A stretch of 64,000 nucleotides of DNA from Candidatus Omnitrophota bacterium (GCA_023247795.1 JAHFFT010000006.1:4664-68663), one strand, 5' to 3'. Counted from the first letter of the stretch, positions 40,208-50,005 are shown. Made by a program: numbers and translations. The notes: generated by a model not told the origin, from the sequence alone.

Positions 40208-40540
40208 ATGTTTAAATTTTTAAGGAGGATGAAAGGGCAAAGCACCCTGGAATACGCGGTATTGATTATCATTGTCATCGGGGCCTTGCTGTCGATACAA
40301 ATGTATATCAAGCGTGGTATCCAAGGCCGGTTGCGCAGTGCGGCCGACGACATCGGCGATCAGTACGATCCAGGTAACACCAATTATGTTAGAACAACCG
40401 AGGTTGCCAGCAATACGAGGGATACTTTTAAAGCCGGCATTACGAATTCTGTTTTACTAGATGATGAGACGACCACGACAATTGTGAATAGTACAATTAT
40501 CAATGCCGAGCAGACCTTTTGGGGAAATGAGAAAAAGTAG
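40208..40540 (+). CDS. Prepilin C, copy 2
   Basis: Near-identical N-terminus to 39074; divergent C-domain. Confidence 0.88.
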   Translation: MFKFLRRMKGQSTLEYAVLIIIVIGALLSIQMYIKRGIQGRLRSAADDIGDQYDPGNTNYVRTTEVASNTRDTFKAGITNSVLLDDETTTTIVNSTIINAEQTFWGNEKK

Positions 40541-40595
40541 TAAAATTATGGAATTCTCCGAAATAGCGGCGTTGCATTTTTTTATGGGAGGATGA

Positions 40596-40757
40596 ATGTT
40601 GGGTTGGCGTAAAAGAGGAAAGACCGGTCAGAATTTGGTCGAATACGCGATTGTTATCGCGGTGGTGGCGTCGGCGATGTACGCGATGAGCACCTATGTC
40701 TTTCGTTCTGTTCAATCAACCCAGCAGATGATCCAGCGGGAGTTTTCCCGTCAATAA
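40596..40757 (+). CDS. Short Flp pilin (53 aa, absent from the ORF track)
   Basis: MLGWRKRGKTG|QNLVEYAIVIAVVASAMYAMSTYVFRSVQSTQQMIQREFSRQ, preceded by a GGAGG RBS. Confidence 0.85.
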   Translation: MLGWRKRGKTGQNLVEYAIVIAVVASAMYAMSTYVFRSVQSTQQMIQREFSRQ

Positions 40758-40837
40758 ATTGAGTATGTCATTAAGACATTTTGGGGTATCAAAGGCAATG
40801 CCTCAAAATGAAAAAGGCAAATAAGTAAAATAAGCAT

Positions 40838-40885
40838 GGCTTACTTTAAAGAAGATTTCTCATCTTGAAGTAAGCCTTGTTTTTT
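40838..40885 (+). terminator. Intrinsic terminator after the first pilin block
   Basis: GGCTTACTT...AAGTAAGCC stem followed by a T-rich tail. Confidence 0.6.
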
Positions 40886-40895
40886 CTTAAACGTG

Positions 40896-40961
40896 TTCCC
40901 CGCTCCCTAGCCCTCCCCGCAGAGGAAAGGGAAAAAGATCTTAGCTCAATGGGGGAGGGAA
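40896..40961. repeat. CTCCCTAGCCCTCCCC...GGGGAGGGAA palindromic repeat
   Basis: Same arms as 24918-24976. Confidence 0.7.
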
Positions 40962-40982
40962 GTTGTGATGAGAGGTTGAGGC

Positions 40983-41402
40983 ATGTTTAAAAATTTACGA
41001 GACAATAAGGGCCAAGGCATCGCGGTGCAATATGTGCTGGTCTTTTTTATCGTGATTGCCTTTGTTTCGTCGATGTCGGTTTATGTCCGTCGAGTTTTGC
41101 AAAGCCGTATCCAGGGTGCCGGCGATTTTTTAGTGAAGCAAGTGTATGCCATCCATTCCAACGCGGAAATGAATTTTTTAGGGAACCTGGTCCGAGAATA
41201 CGAACCGTATTATGTTCAGTCGGACAGTCGACGGTTTACCAACAGCGATACGTTAAGACGGGAAGATGTTTTTGCCCCAGCCACGAATGTCAGTGTTTAT
41301 CGGATGGACATGGACGATAGCACAGCCGTGAAATCCGTATCGAAGCAGAAGCGGCCGATCGATGCCCTGAAAGATCAGGGCCTTCAGCCGCCGCACCTGT
41401 AA
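40983..41402 (+). CDS. Minor prepilin-like protein
   Basis: KG|QGIAVQY, hydrophobic helix, and EYEPYY shared with pilin B. Confidence 0.82.
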   Translation: MFKNLRDNKGQGIAVQYVLVFFIVIAFVSSMSVYVRRVLQSRIQGAGDFLVKQVYAIHSNAEMNFLGNLVREYEPYYVQSDSRRFTNSDTLRREDVFAPATNVSVYRMDMDDSTAVKSVSKQKRPIDALKDQGLQPPHL

Positions 41403-41417
41403 GAGCAGAGGAGTAAG

Positions 41418-41753
41418 ATGAGATTTGGTCATCGAGAAAACGCCCAGACATTTTTGGAATACTCGCTTTTGATCGGGATTGTGGTGGCGGTTTTGATGGC
41501 CATGTCGCCGATGTTGCGGCGATCGACGCAGGCGATGATTAAAGTGGTTTCCGATCAGGTCGGGGACCAGGTCAATTCCGAACAAGAAGGCGGTGACCAG
41601 GGGCATTTGGATTCCGTGAATACCATAACACGGGTGGATCGGCAGATCAGCACCATTGATCGTTTGGGGACGAGAAGGATCGATTATGATAAGGATTCGA
41701 CATTTACTGATTCGAGCGTGATTGTGAACCAAGGATTTCGGGAAACGAATTGA
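41418..41753 (+). CDS. Minor prepilin-like protein
   Basis: NA|QTFLEY, hydrophobic helix, DQVGDQ. Confidence 0.85.
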   Translation: MRFGHRENAQTFLEYSLLIGIVVAVLMAMSPMLRRSTQAMIKVVSDQVGDQVNSEQEGGDQGHLDSVNTITRVDRQISTIDRLGTRRIDYDKDSTFTDSSVIVNQGFRETN

Positions 41754-41808
41754 TTGTGAATTGAATAGTGAATTAGAGAAGAGTGAAATAAGGAGCGAGG
41801 TGTCAAAA

Positions 41809-42120
41809 ATGAGGCAAAGAGGACAAAGCACGTTAGAGTATATGATTCTGCTGATTTTGATCATCGCCGCGTTCATCGCGATCGGTAACTATTTTGGCCG
41901 CGGGGTGTTGGGGCGCTGGAAGGCCGCGGTGGATGATTTGGGGGATCAATATGATCCGCGGTTAACCAACGGCAAAGTGACGGTCAGTTTGTCGGCCAAT
42001 ATGGAAAGCCGGGTTGTTTCCGTTCCTGATGAGACCCGTGAAGGCGTATGGACGATTCGTACTGATCAATCCAACTCTCTTGAGCGGCGTTCGGGATTCA
42101 CCAGCGTCGGAGGGTTTTAA
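41809..42120 (+). CDS. Minor prepilin-like protein
   Basis: RG|QSTLEY...GRWKAAVDDLGDQYDP. Start moved to the ATG at 41809. Confidence 0.85.
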   Translation: MRQRGQSTLEYMILLILIIAAFIAIGNYFGRGVLGRWKAAVDDLGDQYDPRLTNGKVTVSLSANMESRVVSVPDETREGVWTIRTDQSNSLERRSGFTSVGGF

Positions 42121-42125
42121 GCTTT

Positions 42126-43553
42126 ATGAGTCATGGTTTTTATACAAAATGGTTCAAATTCCCGCAGGCCGCTCAGGCCGCTTCGGAGTTGGCGATTTTT
42201 GGCGCTATTTTGATCTTTGTCATAGGGCTGATTGTCCGCACCGGATTCAATACCAGCCAGAATTTAAATCAGCAGCTCAGGGCGTTTCGATTCGCGCTTA
42301 CAGAGTCCTATAAAACGGGAGAAGGGCAGTATACCGGCCGCCGCCCGTCTCGGGCACGCAATGCCGCTTCTATTCTTCTGATTGAAGATCGTTTGTCCAT
42401 CAACGGTGCTGATCAATTGGGAGAACGTGATCGGATTCCTTATATGACAAGTGCTTCCGGAACTTTCAGCCGAAATTTGTTGATGCCGCTGGCTTTTGAA
42501 AGCACCCAACACTTACCTATATTTGATTTGATTGTGAATGGCCAGCGGTTTCCTTTCATTACGTCAGCATTTAAGGAATATGATTTAATGACGATGTATC
42601 GGGATAACGAAGCGAAGCATTGTGATCATGATCCTCATCCGAGAGGGACCTGCTGGGACAAGAATTGTAATGGCGGACAAGGATGCGTTATTTTTTATAC
42701 AAAGATTGTTAGGGCGAATGCTATCGGAAAGTTTAATTCCGGCTGTGAGAAATGCTTTGATTTGGATTTGGATGGAAAGGTGGATGTCCCGTCGGAATTA
42801 CGAACCAATTTTCATTGGCAGTGGCAGACGGTCGAGGGGTTGAAAGAAAATATTGATCCCGCGAATGATCTGAACTCGAGCATGGACGTTGATGGTGATT
42901 TAAAGGAAGAGAGCGTGTTAGAGGTTGTGGGAGTTCCTCCGCCGGCGTCCGATCCTAATGCGACATTAGCGGCCTATCAAGCAGAAGTCGCCAAGCACGC
43001 GAATGAAATTCAGTCGCTCAAGGTGGTTGATTTTCAGGAGGGGGACGTCAATTTGGGGTTTGATGATCAGGACGCGGCGCTACGCGAGGAACAGGGACTG
43101 TCAAAGCGTAAATTTGGATTGGATGATGATGTTGCCATTTACGCGATGACAAAAGAGGGAACCATGCTGCGAGTGGAACAGGGAAAATTATTTGATCCGT
43201 TAACTTCTCAATTCATCCGCAACACCAATCGACAGGACCACGCGGAATTGATCCAACGCATTTTTTATATTGATAACGATACGGGACGCTTTTGCACATC
43301 CGACGGTCAACCTTTGCAGTGGAAATACGCCGATGGGAGTCCTAGCGAATGGGCCAAGAAAAATGCCGTCGCAGGCTTAGATAATCCAGTGGAGGCCTGC
43401 AATAACTGTTTTTCTCAGGATAATATCGAGCTTACTTGTATGGATCAAGGGAAGGACCGTCCTCACGAAGGCCCGATCATTTTTATCCGCAGCCGAATCA
43501 AGGACCTGCGCGGCCGACGCTGGGTAACGAGGTTGGAGGAGTTTGATAAGTGA
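42126..43553 (+). CDS. Large pseudopilin-like protein with Cys pairs and EF-hand-like motifs
   Basis: A|QAASEL and a hydrophobic helix; DLDLDGKVD and DVDGDLKEE. Confidence 0.78.
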   Translation: MSHGFYTKWFKFPQAAQAASELAIFGAILIFVIGLIVRTGFNTSQNLNQQLRAFRFALTESYKTGEGQYTGRRPSRARNAASILLIEDRLSINGADQLGERDRIPYMTSASGTFSRNLLMPLAFESTQHLPIFDLIVNGQRFPFITSAFKEYDLMTMYRDNEAKHCDHDPHPRGTCWDKNCNGGQGCVIFYTKIVRANAIGKFNSGCEKCFDLDLDGKVDVPSELRTNFHWQWQTVEGLKENIDPANDLNSSMDVDGDLKEESVLEVVGVPPPASDPNATLAAYQAEVAKHANEIQSLKVVDFQEGDVNLGFDDQDAALREEQGLSKRKFGLDDDVAIYAMTKEGTMLRVEQGKLFDPLTSQFIRNTNRQDHAELIQRIFYIDNDTGRFCTSDGQPLQWKYADGSPSEWAKKNAVAGLDNPVEACNNCFSQDNIELTCMDQGKDRPHEGPIIFIRSRIKDLRGRRWVTRLEEFDK

Positions 43554-43855
43554 AAGGTGAAGAGAGAGTAGTGAATAAAAAAATTCAAGCCCAGGTGACC
43601 ATCGAGTTTACTTTCAGCATGATGATCACGTTATTGTTGATCGTCGGGATGATTAAGGTCTTCACCTGGACCGGACGGGATTTGGCCGACCGTATTCACG
43701 CCCATGAAGAGATTTTAACTAAGGATTTAGGGTGTACCAGCTCTTCTTGTCCTATGAAGCAGATTAAGCCCACGTTTTATACGGCGACGGACATCGATGC
43801 CGCCTACCCCGCGAATTTTTTCAATTTTGACATGAAAGGGCTTGAGAAGGATTAA
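43550..43855 (+). CDS. TadE-like pseudopilin
   Basis: QA|QVTIEF followed by a hydrophobic helix. Confidence 0.82.
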   Translation: MKGEERVVNKKIQAQVTIEFTFSMMITLLLIVGMIKVFTWTGRDLADRIHAHEEILTKDLGCTSSSCPMKQIKPTFYTATDIDAAYPANFFNFDMKGLEKD

Positions 43856-43869
43856 ACGAGCAGCCATAG

Positions 43870-46800
43870 GTGGTTTTTGTGATCAATGAATTGAATAAAA
43901 AAATAATGCAGGTAAAAAGGTTTTTTCAAATCCGAAATCCGATTTCTGAAAAACACCGTTCAGAAAAAGGGCAGATCGCGGTGATTTTGATTTTGGTCGC
44001 CGCGGTCGGTCTGATTTTTTACGCGGTCGTGTTCAATTTTAACCGCATTTCGCAAATCAAAACGTTAACCATGCAGGCGGCAAATGCCTCGGCAGCTCAG
44101 ATGGTTTCTTCGATGGCGAGTTATGGAGAGTCGGTTTGGCAGGTGTATTTGAGAGGCAAGCTCGATGGGAAGAAACCAGGCTATTGTAAGCATGATAATG
44201 TTTTTAAGATGATCATCAAATTCATCATTATCCTCATCATTGTTATTATTGCCGTTATTACGGGACAATGGTGGGCTATATACGCAATCATAGCATTGGC
44301 ATATAGTTTTGTGGCGATTGTCTTGCAAGTTACGGTGGTCCAACCCGGGCTAACCGATGCCTGGAATAAAATGATCGCCAATTTATCGATCGCCGATCAA
44401 TTTGTTGAGATGGGGGTGCAAGCGGGCATTCAGGGTGTCGTTACGGACAATGTGCAAATTCCCGATTTGATTGACAGCGACTCTGATGGAATTTTTGGCG
44501 ACCTGCAGAATCCTTCTGATAAAAAAAGCGCGCCGGACTACATCTCACGTTTTGGATATAACTATACCCAGCGGTTGCGGCGGATTCCTATAGTTGATAG
44601 TTCCGCTGTCAATTATTTTATCAATGGAATAAAAGATGTGGGCGGTTTGAAGGATTTATTAGTGAAGACCGGCGATGTCAATGACTGGGGAGTTCATGCG
44701 GCTGGAACTGGGAGCGCCCTATCGGCATGCTGTTTGCCCGATGCTGCAGAAAATCCGGACCGTCCGGCCTGTTGCGATCTTCCCATCGACAATGATGATT
44801 TCTGCGGTGACAAAGATAAAGATAACTATGATGAAGAGTGTTCGTTGGGCGTTCGTCCGGAGGGGTGTCCTTCGAACTCGAAAGCCATCTGCGCAAAGGA
44901 AAGTATTTATTCTACCGTCACTAATCAGAACCCTCAGGGTCTATATAATGGTCGATATGATTACCCCTATGCCTACGAAGCCTTTCCGGAAAACACGAAT
45001 AATGCGGCATTGTCTTTCCGTGCGCAGTTAGGCCGAGATGATGAACACCATTTGTATCGACGAGATCCCAATAATCCCAATGGGCGGCAGCTGTTGATTT
45101 CGCCGATTCCCCCTGAGGGAACGCCAGGGCGGTTTTTTGTTGAAGACGCCAGCGGGGTTTTTCCATTTTTTTATAAGATTGGCCAATGGGGCGTTGATTT
45201 GAATGAAATCGATTATAGTAAAGTCACAACCGAGGATGTCCGTTGCAACTTGTGCGATGCAGGTAAGATGCTAGGCGCTCCTTTAAACTCTTCTACGAAT
45301 CCAGGCGTTTGTACGAATCTTCCCAGCGAGGTTTCACCGCAGTTGAGTCTGCCGCTTAATCCGACGCAAGACGGAGGTTTTCGACCCAGTGGCGGCTGGT
45401 GTGTGGATAGTGTCAATACCGGGAAGGCAGGAGATCCGCCGCAGGTCTTGGATATTGTGCCGTCGATCAATGAGTTATTTACGCCAACTAATCCAAATCC
45501 AGATTCAATACCTCCCGAAGAAGAATGCGCGGTTGGCCCAGGCAACGCCGGAGGCTGGAAACCAGGTGCGGACCGGTTTTGTTCTACTGTATATCCTTAT
45601 TCGTCCGCCTGTTTTAAGCATGGAGGAAAGGATCAGTGTTTGGTTGATTCAGAAATGGGACCGATAGGGTTTGACTGCCTGTGCGGCGAGGGGGCGGCGG
45701 CTTCCGTATCTGCGAATCTATGGCCTGATGACGCGTTGGACGAAATCGTTTATGGGCTGCCTTATTTCATTGAATACGCCCAAGGGTTGGTCAATGTTTC
45801 TACGATACAATTGAATCAGACCCTTGTCGAGTGGTATGAACAGACCGCGGATTGGATTGAGCCGGGGTGTGAGCGCACGGAAAATCCTAGCTGTCCACCG
45901 GGGTGCGAAGCAAATTCTAGTTGTCCACCGGGATGTGAAAAGAAGACCAGCTGTCCGGGGAGTTTTACAAAGAAAGGTCGTGATGGCCCGTTGAAAACCG
46001 TGAGCGGGAAGATGGTTGCGGGATCGGTATTGGATAAAAATGAGAAAGGGGAAAATGAGAAAATCGTCGGTGGGGGCGGATATCTTTATGGTTGGGTACG
46101 GGACTTGGCCAATTTTCGTAACCCAATTTATCATTGGTTGTATCCCACACAGGAAAAGGCCTATGTTGCCGACTCTTGCACGATCAAGTCCGCGGCTGAT
46201 GATAAAGCCGCTTGGTGTGTTCCGCCGTCACAGAATTCGAAGAACAACTTTGATGTGAAGGAATGTCCCGGCGTGACCGCTGAAGAGGCTGAAACTTTCG
46301 ACGCGAATAAAAATGGGGTTCGCGGTGATGTCGAAGACGTGGTGGCTTGCCTGCGGTTTAACGCCGGCGATGCCGCTAAGGGAAAGTTGAGCAATGAAGC
46401 GAAGTTCACGGCTTGTCAAACGGCTTGCTCAACGGGGACGGATGTCACGACCCAGTGCGCGTATCTGCCGCGATCGGTGGTACCCGGGTTCATCAATAGT
46501 TATGAAAATTATTTTGACGGGCAGCAGGTGAAGGGCAATCCTTGCGCCGACACCAATTTTAAAACATTATTAGATAAAAGTGTTGAAGAATCCCGCAACC
46601 AAGATGTCAAATTGCAGAAGCGTTTGAAATTTTTAGACGGTCGTTTGAAAGAGGCCCAAAACATCGCCGGGGAGACCGGGGTTTTTACCGCAGCGATCAA
46701 CAAACTTGAGGCCTTTTTAAACGCGGGGACCAAGTTTGCTGCCCCTACGGTTAAACCGGTACAAGACCTAGGAAACGGATTAGTAGCATCGATCGTTGAG

Positions 46801-47667
46801 CAAATCGCTGACCCCGTTGTTGTTCTTAATAATCAAGATTCGCCGTCGGAGGCATTGATTCAAGAAATGCTGAAACCCGAAGTCGCGCCTGACCAAAAAG
46901 GGTTATCTTCGGTCGTCGTTTATGTCTGGCAGGATGCCCAGCGCGACGATTTGCGCACGACCGCCTCGGGACGCAAGACCTTTGAAGGTTATTGGCACGC
47001 GGTCAAGGCCGAGGTGCGTATGCCCACCCGCTGCAACTATGCCTGCGGGGTGAATGGGGGGTGGGATCCGGAATATCCTTCCATTAAGACCAAGACCAAA
47101 GGGTTTTTGGGAAGCACAAGATGTTATTATTTAGAAAACAGCGATGGTATGGTTAAGGCGCGGACCATTCGTTTTGATGAAGACGTGGATCCGAAAAAAA
47201 TGGCTTTCCCGAATGGAACGCCGATTTGGGATTTTCGTTTTTTTCATCCCGATGCTGGCAAGGCCAGCATTCAAAATATCCTCGCGGATTGTAAAGAGCA
47301 AGTGGATCCATTGATCGCGAATATGAGTAAAGGATGGGGGGACCCTAATCCTCCTCTCAATTGTTGTTTTGCGGAAAAACCAGAGGAACATCATTGTACG
47401 GAAGAAGAGGCCAAGACTTGCACAAACAAATTTTTTGGCGCAAGCTTTTTATTGGACAAGATTCCTGATTATATGGCCCTCGCTGGCAGCGACGCATATA
47501 AGTATCGGGTTTGTTGGCAGCGCGTGCACGAAGATCTTTTAGCGCACGGTGTAGCGACGGAATCCTGCGCTCAGTATTTTTTTGGCGGCGCTGACAGTGG
47601 GGGCCCCGCCGGGATGCGCATGAAATTTGTGCCTTGCGATGAGCGTTTTATTAAGGGATTCAATTGA
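43870..47667 (+). CDS. Very large Cys-rich TadG-like pilus-associated adhesin
   Basis: KG|QIAVILIL...QAANASA is a Tad N-domain pattern; extra hydrophobic hairpin; many Cys; DSDSDG and DANKNG motifs. Start uncertain (43870 or 43906). Confidence 0.8.
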   Translation: MVFVINELNKKIMQVKRFFQIRNPISEKHRSEKGQIAVILILVAAVGLIFYAVVFNFNRISQIKTLTMQAANASAAQMVSSMASYGESVWQVYLRGKLDGKKPGYCKHDNVFKMIIKFIIILIIVIIAVITGQWWAIYAIIALAYSFVAIVLQVTVVQPGLTDAWNKMIANLSIADQFVEMGVQAGIQGVVTDNVQIPDLIDSDSDGIFGDLQNPSDKKSAPDYISRFGYNYTQRLRRIPIVDSSAVNYFINGIKDVGGLKDLLVKTGDVNDWGVHAAGTGSALSACCLPDAAENPDRPACCDLPIDNDDFCGDKDKDNYDEECSLGVRPEGCPSNSKAICAKESIYSTVTNQNPQGLYNGRYDYPYAYEAFPENTNNAALSFRAQLGRDDEHHLYRRDPNNPNGRQLLISPIPPEGTPGRFFVEDASGVFPFFYKIGQWGVDLNEIDYSKVTTEDVRCNLCDAGKMLGAPLNSSTNPGVCTNLPSEVSPQLSLPLNPTQDGGFRPSGGWCVDSVNTGKAGDPPQVLDIVPSINELFTPTNPNPDSIPPEEECAVGPGNAGGWKPGADRFCSTVYPYSSACFKHGGKDQCLVDSEMGPIGFDCLCGEGAAASVSANLWPDDALDEIVYGLPYFIEYAQGLVNVSTIQLNQTLVEWYEQTADWIEPGCERTENPSCPPGCEANSSCPPGCEKKTSCPGSFTKKGRDGPLKTVSGKMVAGSVLDKNEKGENEKIVGGGGYLYGWVRDLANFRNPIYHWLYPTQEKAYVADSCTIKSAADDKAAWCVPPSQNSKNNFDVKECPGVTAEEAETFDANKNGVRGDVEDVVACLRFNAGDAAKGKLSNEAKFTACQTACSTGTDVTTQCAYLPRSVVPGFINSYENYFDGQQVKGNPCADTNFKTLLDKSVEESRNQDVKLQKRLKFLDGRLKEAQNIAGETGVFTAAINKLEAFLNAGTKFAAPTVKPVQDLGNGLVASIVEQIADPVVVLNNQDSPSEALIQEMLKPEVAPDQKGLSSVVVYVWQDAQRDDLRTTASGRKTFEGYWHAVKAEVRMPTRCNYACGVNGGWDPEYPSIKTKTKGFLGSTRCYYLENSDGMVKARTIRFDEDVDPKKMAFPNGTPIWDFRFFHPDAGKASIQNILADCKEQVDPLIANMSKGWGDPNPPLNCCFAEKPEEHHCTEEEAKTCTNKFFGASFLLDKIPDYMALAGSDAYKYRVCWQRVHEDLLAHGVATESCAQYFFGGADSGGPAGMRMKFVPCDERFIKGFN

Positions 47668-47715
47668 TAGATCAATCCGCCCCTTCAATGGGGGAGGTCA
47701 GGTGGGGGTTTTTCA

Positions 47716-48102
47716 TTGGCAAAAGGAAATATGATGTGTTACAATCGGTTTGATCGACGCTGTCAAAATGAGCGCGGCGTTTCTTCGGCCATCGAATATA
47801 TGGCCATGATCACTTTTATTTTGATGGCGTTTTTTATTTCCCAACATTTTATTATGAAGGGTTTTGCCGGACGCTGGAAAGCGGCCGGCGACGCGTTTGG
47901 ACACGGTAAGCAATATGACCCCAGAGATTCTACTAAGGGTGGAAGTGTTGAGTGTTTTTTTGACGCCAAAAAGTCGTTGTGGATCAGCACCCGCTGTTTT
48001 AAATCGAAATGTGTCACTGGAATACCGTCGGATCCGGATTGTCAGCAGTTTTTGGATCCATGCAGTGAGTTGCAATCAGCGAATTCGAAATGCGGTGATT
48101 GA
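47716..48102 (+). CDS. Minor prepilin-like protein with a Cys-rich C-terminus
   Basis: ERG|VSSAIEY...GRWKAAGDAFGHGKQYDP. Start may be the ATG at 47731. Confidence 0.8.
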   Translation: MAKGNMMCYNRFDRRCQNERGVSSAIEYMAMITFILMAFFISQHFIMKGFAGRWKAAGDAFGHGKQYDPRDSTKGGSVECFFDAKKSLWISTRCFKSKCVTGIPSDPDCQQFLDPCSELQSANSKCGD

Positions 48103-48120
48103 GTTTTATCAAGGAGACCT

Positions 48121-48975
48121 ATGGTCATAGCGTTATTTTTAGCCTTTTGTACCGCGGCCTTGATCGGCTATGCTGTTGTGCCGCTGGTTTATAGCCGGTC
48201 CATGATTTTAAGTCAAAAACGGGCCAGTGTTTACGCGAGCAAGCTGGATCGGGTCCTTCCTCGTCGAGAGTTGCAGAAGACGATCCAACTGTATATGCTG
48301 GCACCTTTGTTTCTAGGGGCTATTTTTTATTTTGTTTTCCCAGAAGAGATCCGTTTTTTTGGCGTCATTCTGGGGGCCATTCTCGGGTTCATTTTTCCTG
48401 GTATCTACACGACGGTCCTACTGAAAAATAACCGTAAAAAATTTGATGATCAGATGATCGACGCGTTGATGATCATGTCAAGTTCTTTCCGGGGAGGGTT
48501 GAGTTTGATCCAAGCGATGGAAGCGGTGGTTGAGGAAATGCCGGACCCGATCAATCAGGAATTCGCGACGATTTTGGGAGAAAACAAAATGGGCGTTTCA
48601 CTTGAAGACGCGTTGACGCATTTTTATACCCGCATGCCGAGCGCGGCCGTTCAACAGACAATCACGGCGGTGTTATTGGCGAGAGAAACCGGCGGAAATT
48701 TGCCGGAGATTTTTAAGCGGATTGTTAACGTCATGCGCGAACGCAAGCGTATTCAAATGCAAATCGACACCCTCACCCTGCAGGGAAAGATTCAAGGGGT
48801 TGTGATGTCAATTTTGCCGGTCGCCTTTTTCTTTGTGATCAGATCTTCGAGCGCGGGGTTTTATGACCATATGTTCAAATCAGAGGTGGGGCGGGTATTG
48901 CTGATCTTTGCCTGTGTGGCGGAGATCGTCGGGGTGTACTTGATTTGGCGGATCAGTCTGTTAAAGGATTATTAA
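48121..48975 (+). CDS. tadB: Tad inner-membrane platform protein TadB
   Basis: FDDQMIDALMIMSSSFRGGLSL...ETGGNL...TLQGK. Confidence 0.92.
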   Translation: MVIALFLAFCTAALIGYAVVPLVYSRSMILSQKRASVYASKLDRVLPRRELQKTIQLYMLAPLFLGAIFYFVFPEEIRFFGVILGAILGFIFPGIYTTVLLKNNRKKFDDQMIDALMIMSSSFRGGLSLIQAMEAVVEEMPDPINQEFATILGENKMGVSLEDALTHFYTRMPSAAVQQTITAVLLARETGGNLPEIFKRIVNVMRERKRIQMQIDTLTLQGKIQGVVMSILPVAFFFVIRSSSAGFYDHMFKSEVGRVLLIFACVAEIVGVYLIWRISLLKDY

Positions 48976-48976
48976 T

Positions 48977-49053
48977 GTGACCGTGACTTACGGAGCGAAA
49001 GCGAACGTAAGTCACTGGCCGGATTAACCCCGGCTGATTTTGGCGGGGTGGAT
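48977..49053 (+). repeat. Intergenic copy of the two-hairpin element
   Basis: GTGACTTACG-GAGCGAAAGCGAA-CGTAAGTCAC...GGCCGGATTAACCCCG...CGGGGT. Confidence 0.8.
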
Positions 49054-49064
49054 AATAAAAGGAT

Positions 49065-49952
49065 GTGGTTATGTTGATGTTCATTTTGACTTTGTGCTTT
49101 TTAGCCGGATTCAGTTTCATTCTGGGGATTTTCCCTTTGGATTGGGAGGCGCGGCCGACGCTGCGCGGTACCGGACTTGAGGTATTATCTCGTCGGAAAA
49201 TACCGAATCCTTTAAAGGTCATCATCCAGACTCTGGCTTTGATCAACCGTCCTTTGTGTTCAGGGGTTGTTCGCGCCCGGCTTATCAAAGATTTGGGGAC
49301 GGCGCACGTGAATATGTCGCCGGAAGAGTTTTTTTTGGTCAAAGAAATGGCGATCGTTGGCCTTCTTTTTGTCACCTATCCGATGATCCGTGCGGACATG
49401 ATGATGTTTTGGCTTTTGATGAGCATTTCGGTCGGTTATATGCTGCCGGAATATTGGTTGAAGGGAAAGATTAAGCGGGTCAAAATCATGATCGCAAAAG
49501 AACTGCCAGATACCATTGATCTTTTGGGGTTGTGCGTGAACGCGGGTTTGGATTTTATCCTGGCCTTAAAATGGGTTGTTGAGAAATCTCCCCCCACGGT
49601 TATTGTCACGGAACTTAATACGTTGCTGCAGGAAATCAATGTGGGGAAAACCCGTCGAGACGCGCTTAAAGATTTATCGTTGAAGTATGAGCTCCCAGAT
49701 TTGTCTTCTTTTACGAGAACGCTTATTCAGGCGGATAAAATGGGGACATCGGTCTCTGAGGCCTTAAACGTTTTATCTGAAGACATGCGGATTGCTCGTT
49801 TCCGCCGCGGGGAGCAGCAAGCGATGAAAGCTCCGCTCAAGCTACTCATTCCCCTGCTATTTTGCATCTTTCCAGTGGTCGGAATTCTCGTTGCCGGCCC
49901 TATCTTCCTCGAGTTCATCGAAACCAACCCCCTTCAACAGCTCGGTAAGTAA
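49065..49952 (+). CDS. tadC: Tad inner-membrane platform protein TadC
   Basis: ELPDTIDLLGLCVNAGL...LIQADKMGTS...AMKAPLKLLIPL. Confidence 0.92.
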   Translation: MVMLMFILTLCFLAGFSFILGIFPLDWEARPTLRGTGLEVLSRRKIPNPLKVIIQTLALINRPLCSGVVRARLIKDLGTAHVNMSPEEFFLVKEMAIVGLLFVTYPMIRADMMMFWLLMSISVGYMLPEYWLKGKIKRVKIMIAKELPDTIDLLGLCVNAGLDFILALKWVVEKSPPTVIVTELNTLLQEINVGKTRRDALKDLSLKYELPDLSSFTRTLIQADKMGTSVSEALNVLSEDMRIARFRRGEQQAMKAPLKLLIPLLFCIFPVVGILVAGPIFLEFIETNPLQQLGK

Positions 49953-49965
49953 AAAAGGAATAATC

Positions 49966-49999
49966 CAGAATGGACATTAATTTAAAGGGGACAGTCCCC
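49966..49999. repeat. RAYT-flanking repeat (3' side of the gene)
   Basis: CAGAATGGACATT...GGGGACAGTCCCC. Confidence 0.85.
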
Positions 50000-50005
50000 T
50001 GTTAA

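Larger units (their letters stand above)
38303..40525 (+). repeat. Tandem duplication of a three-pilin cassette (about 1.15-kb period)
   Basis: Paired starts 38313/39470, 38579/39736 and 39074/40208. The 5' halves and the A-B spacer are near-identical. Confidence 0.92.

Noticed and set aside
38303-40540. Diversity-generating retroelement TR/VR pair
   Set aside because: Differences between copies are not adenine-specific, both copies are intact genes, and there is no reverse transcriptase in the window.
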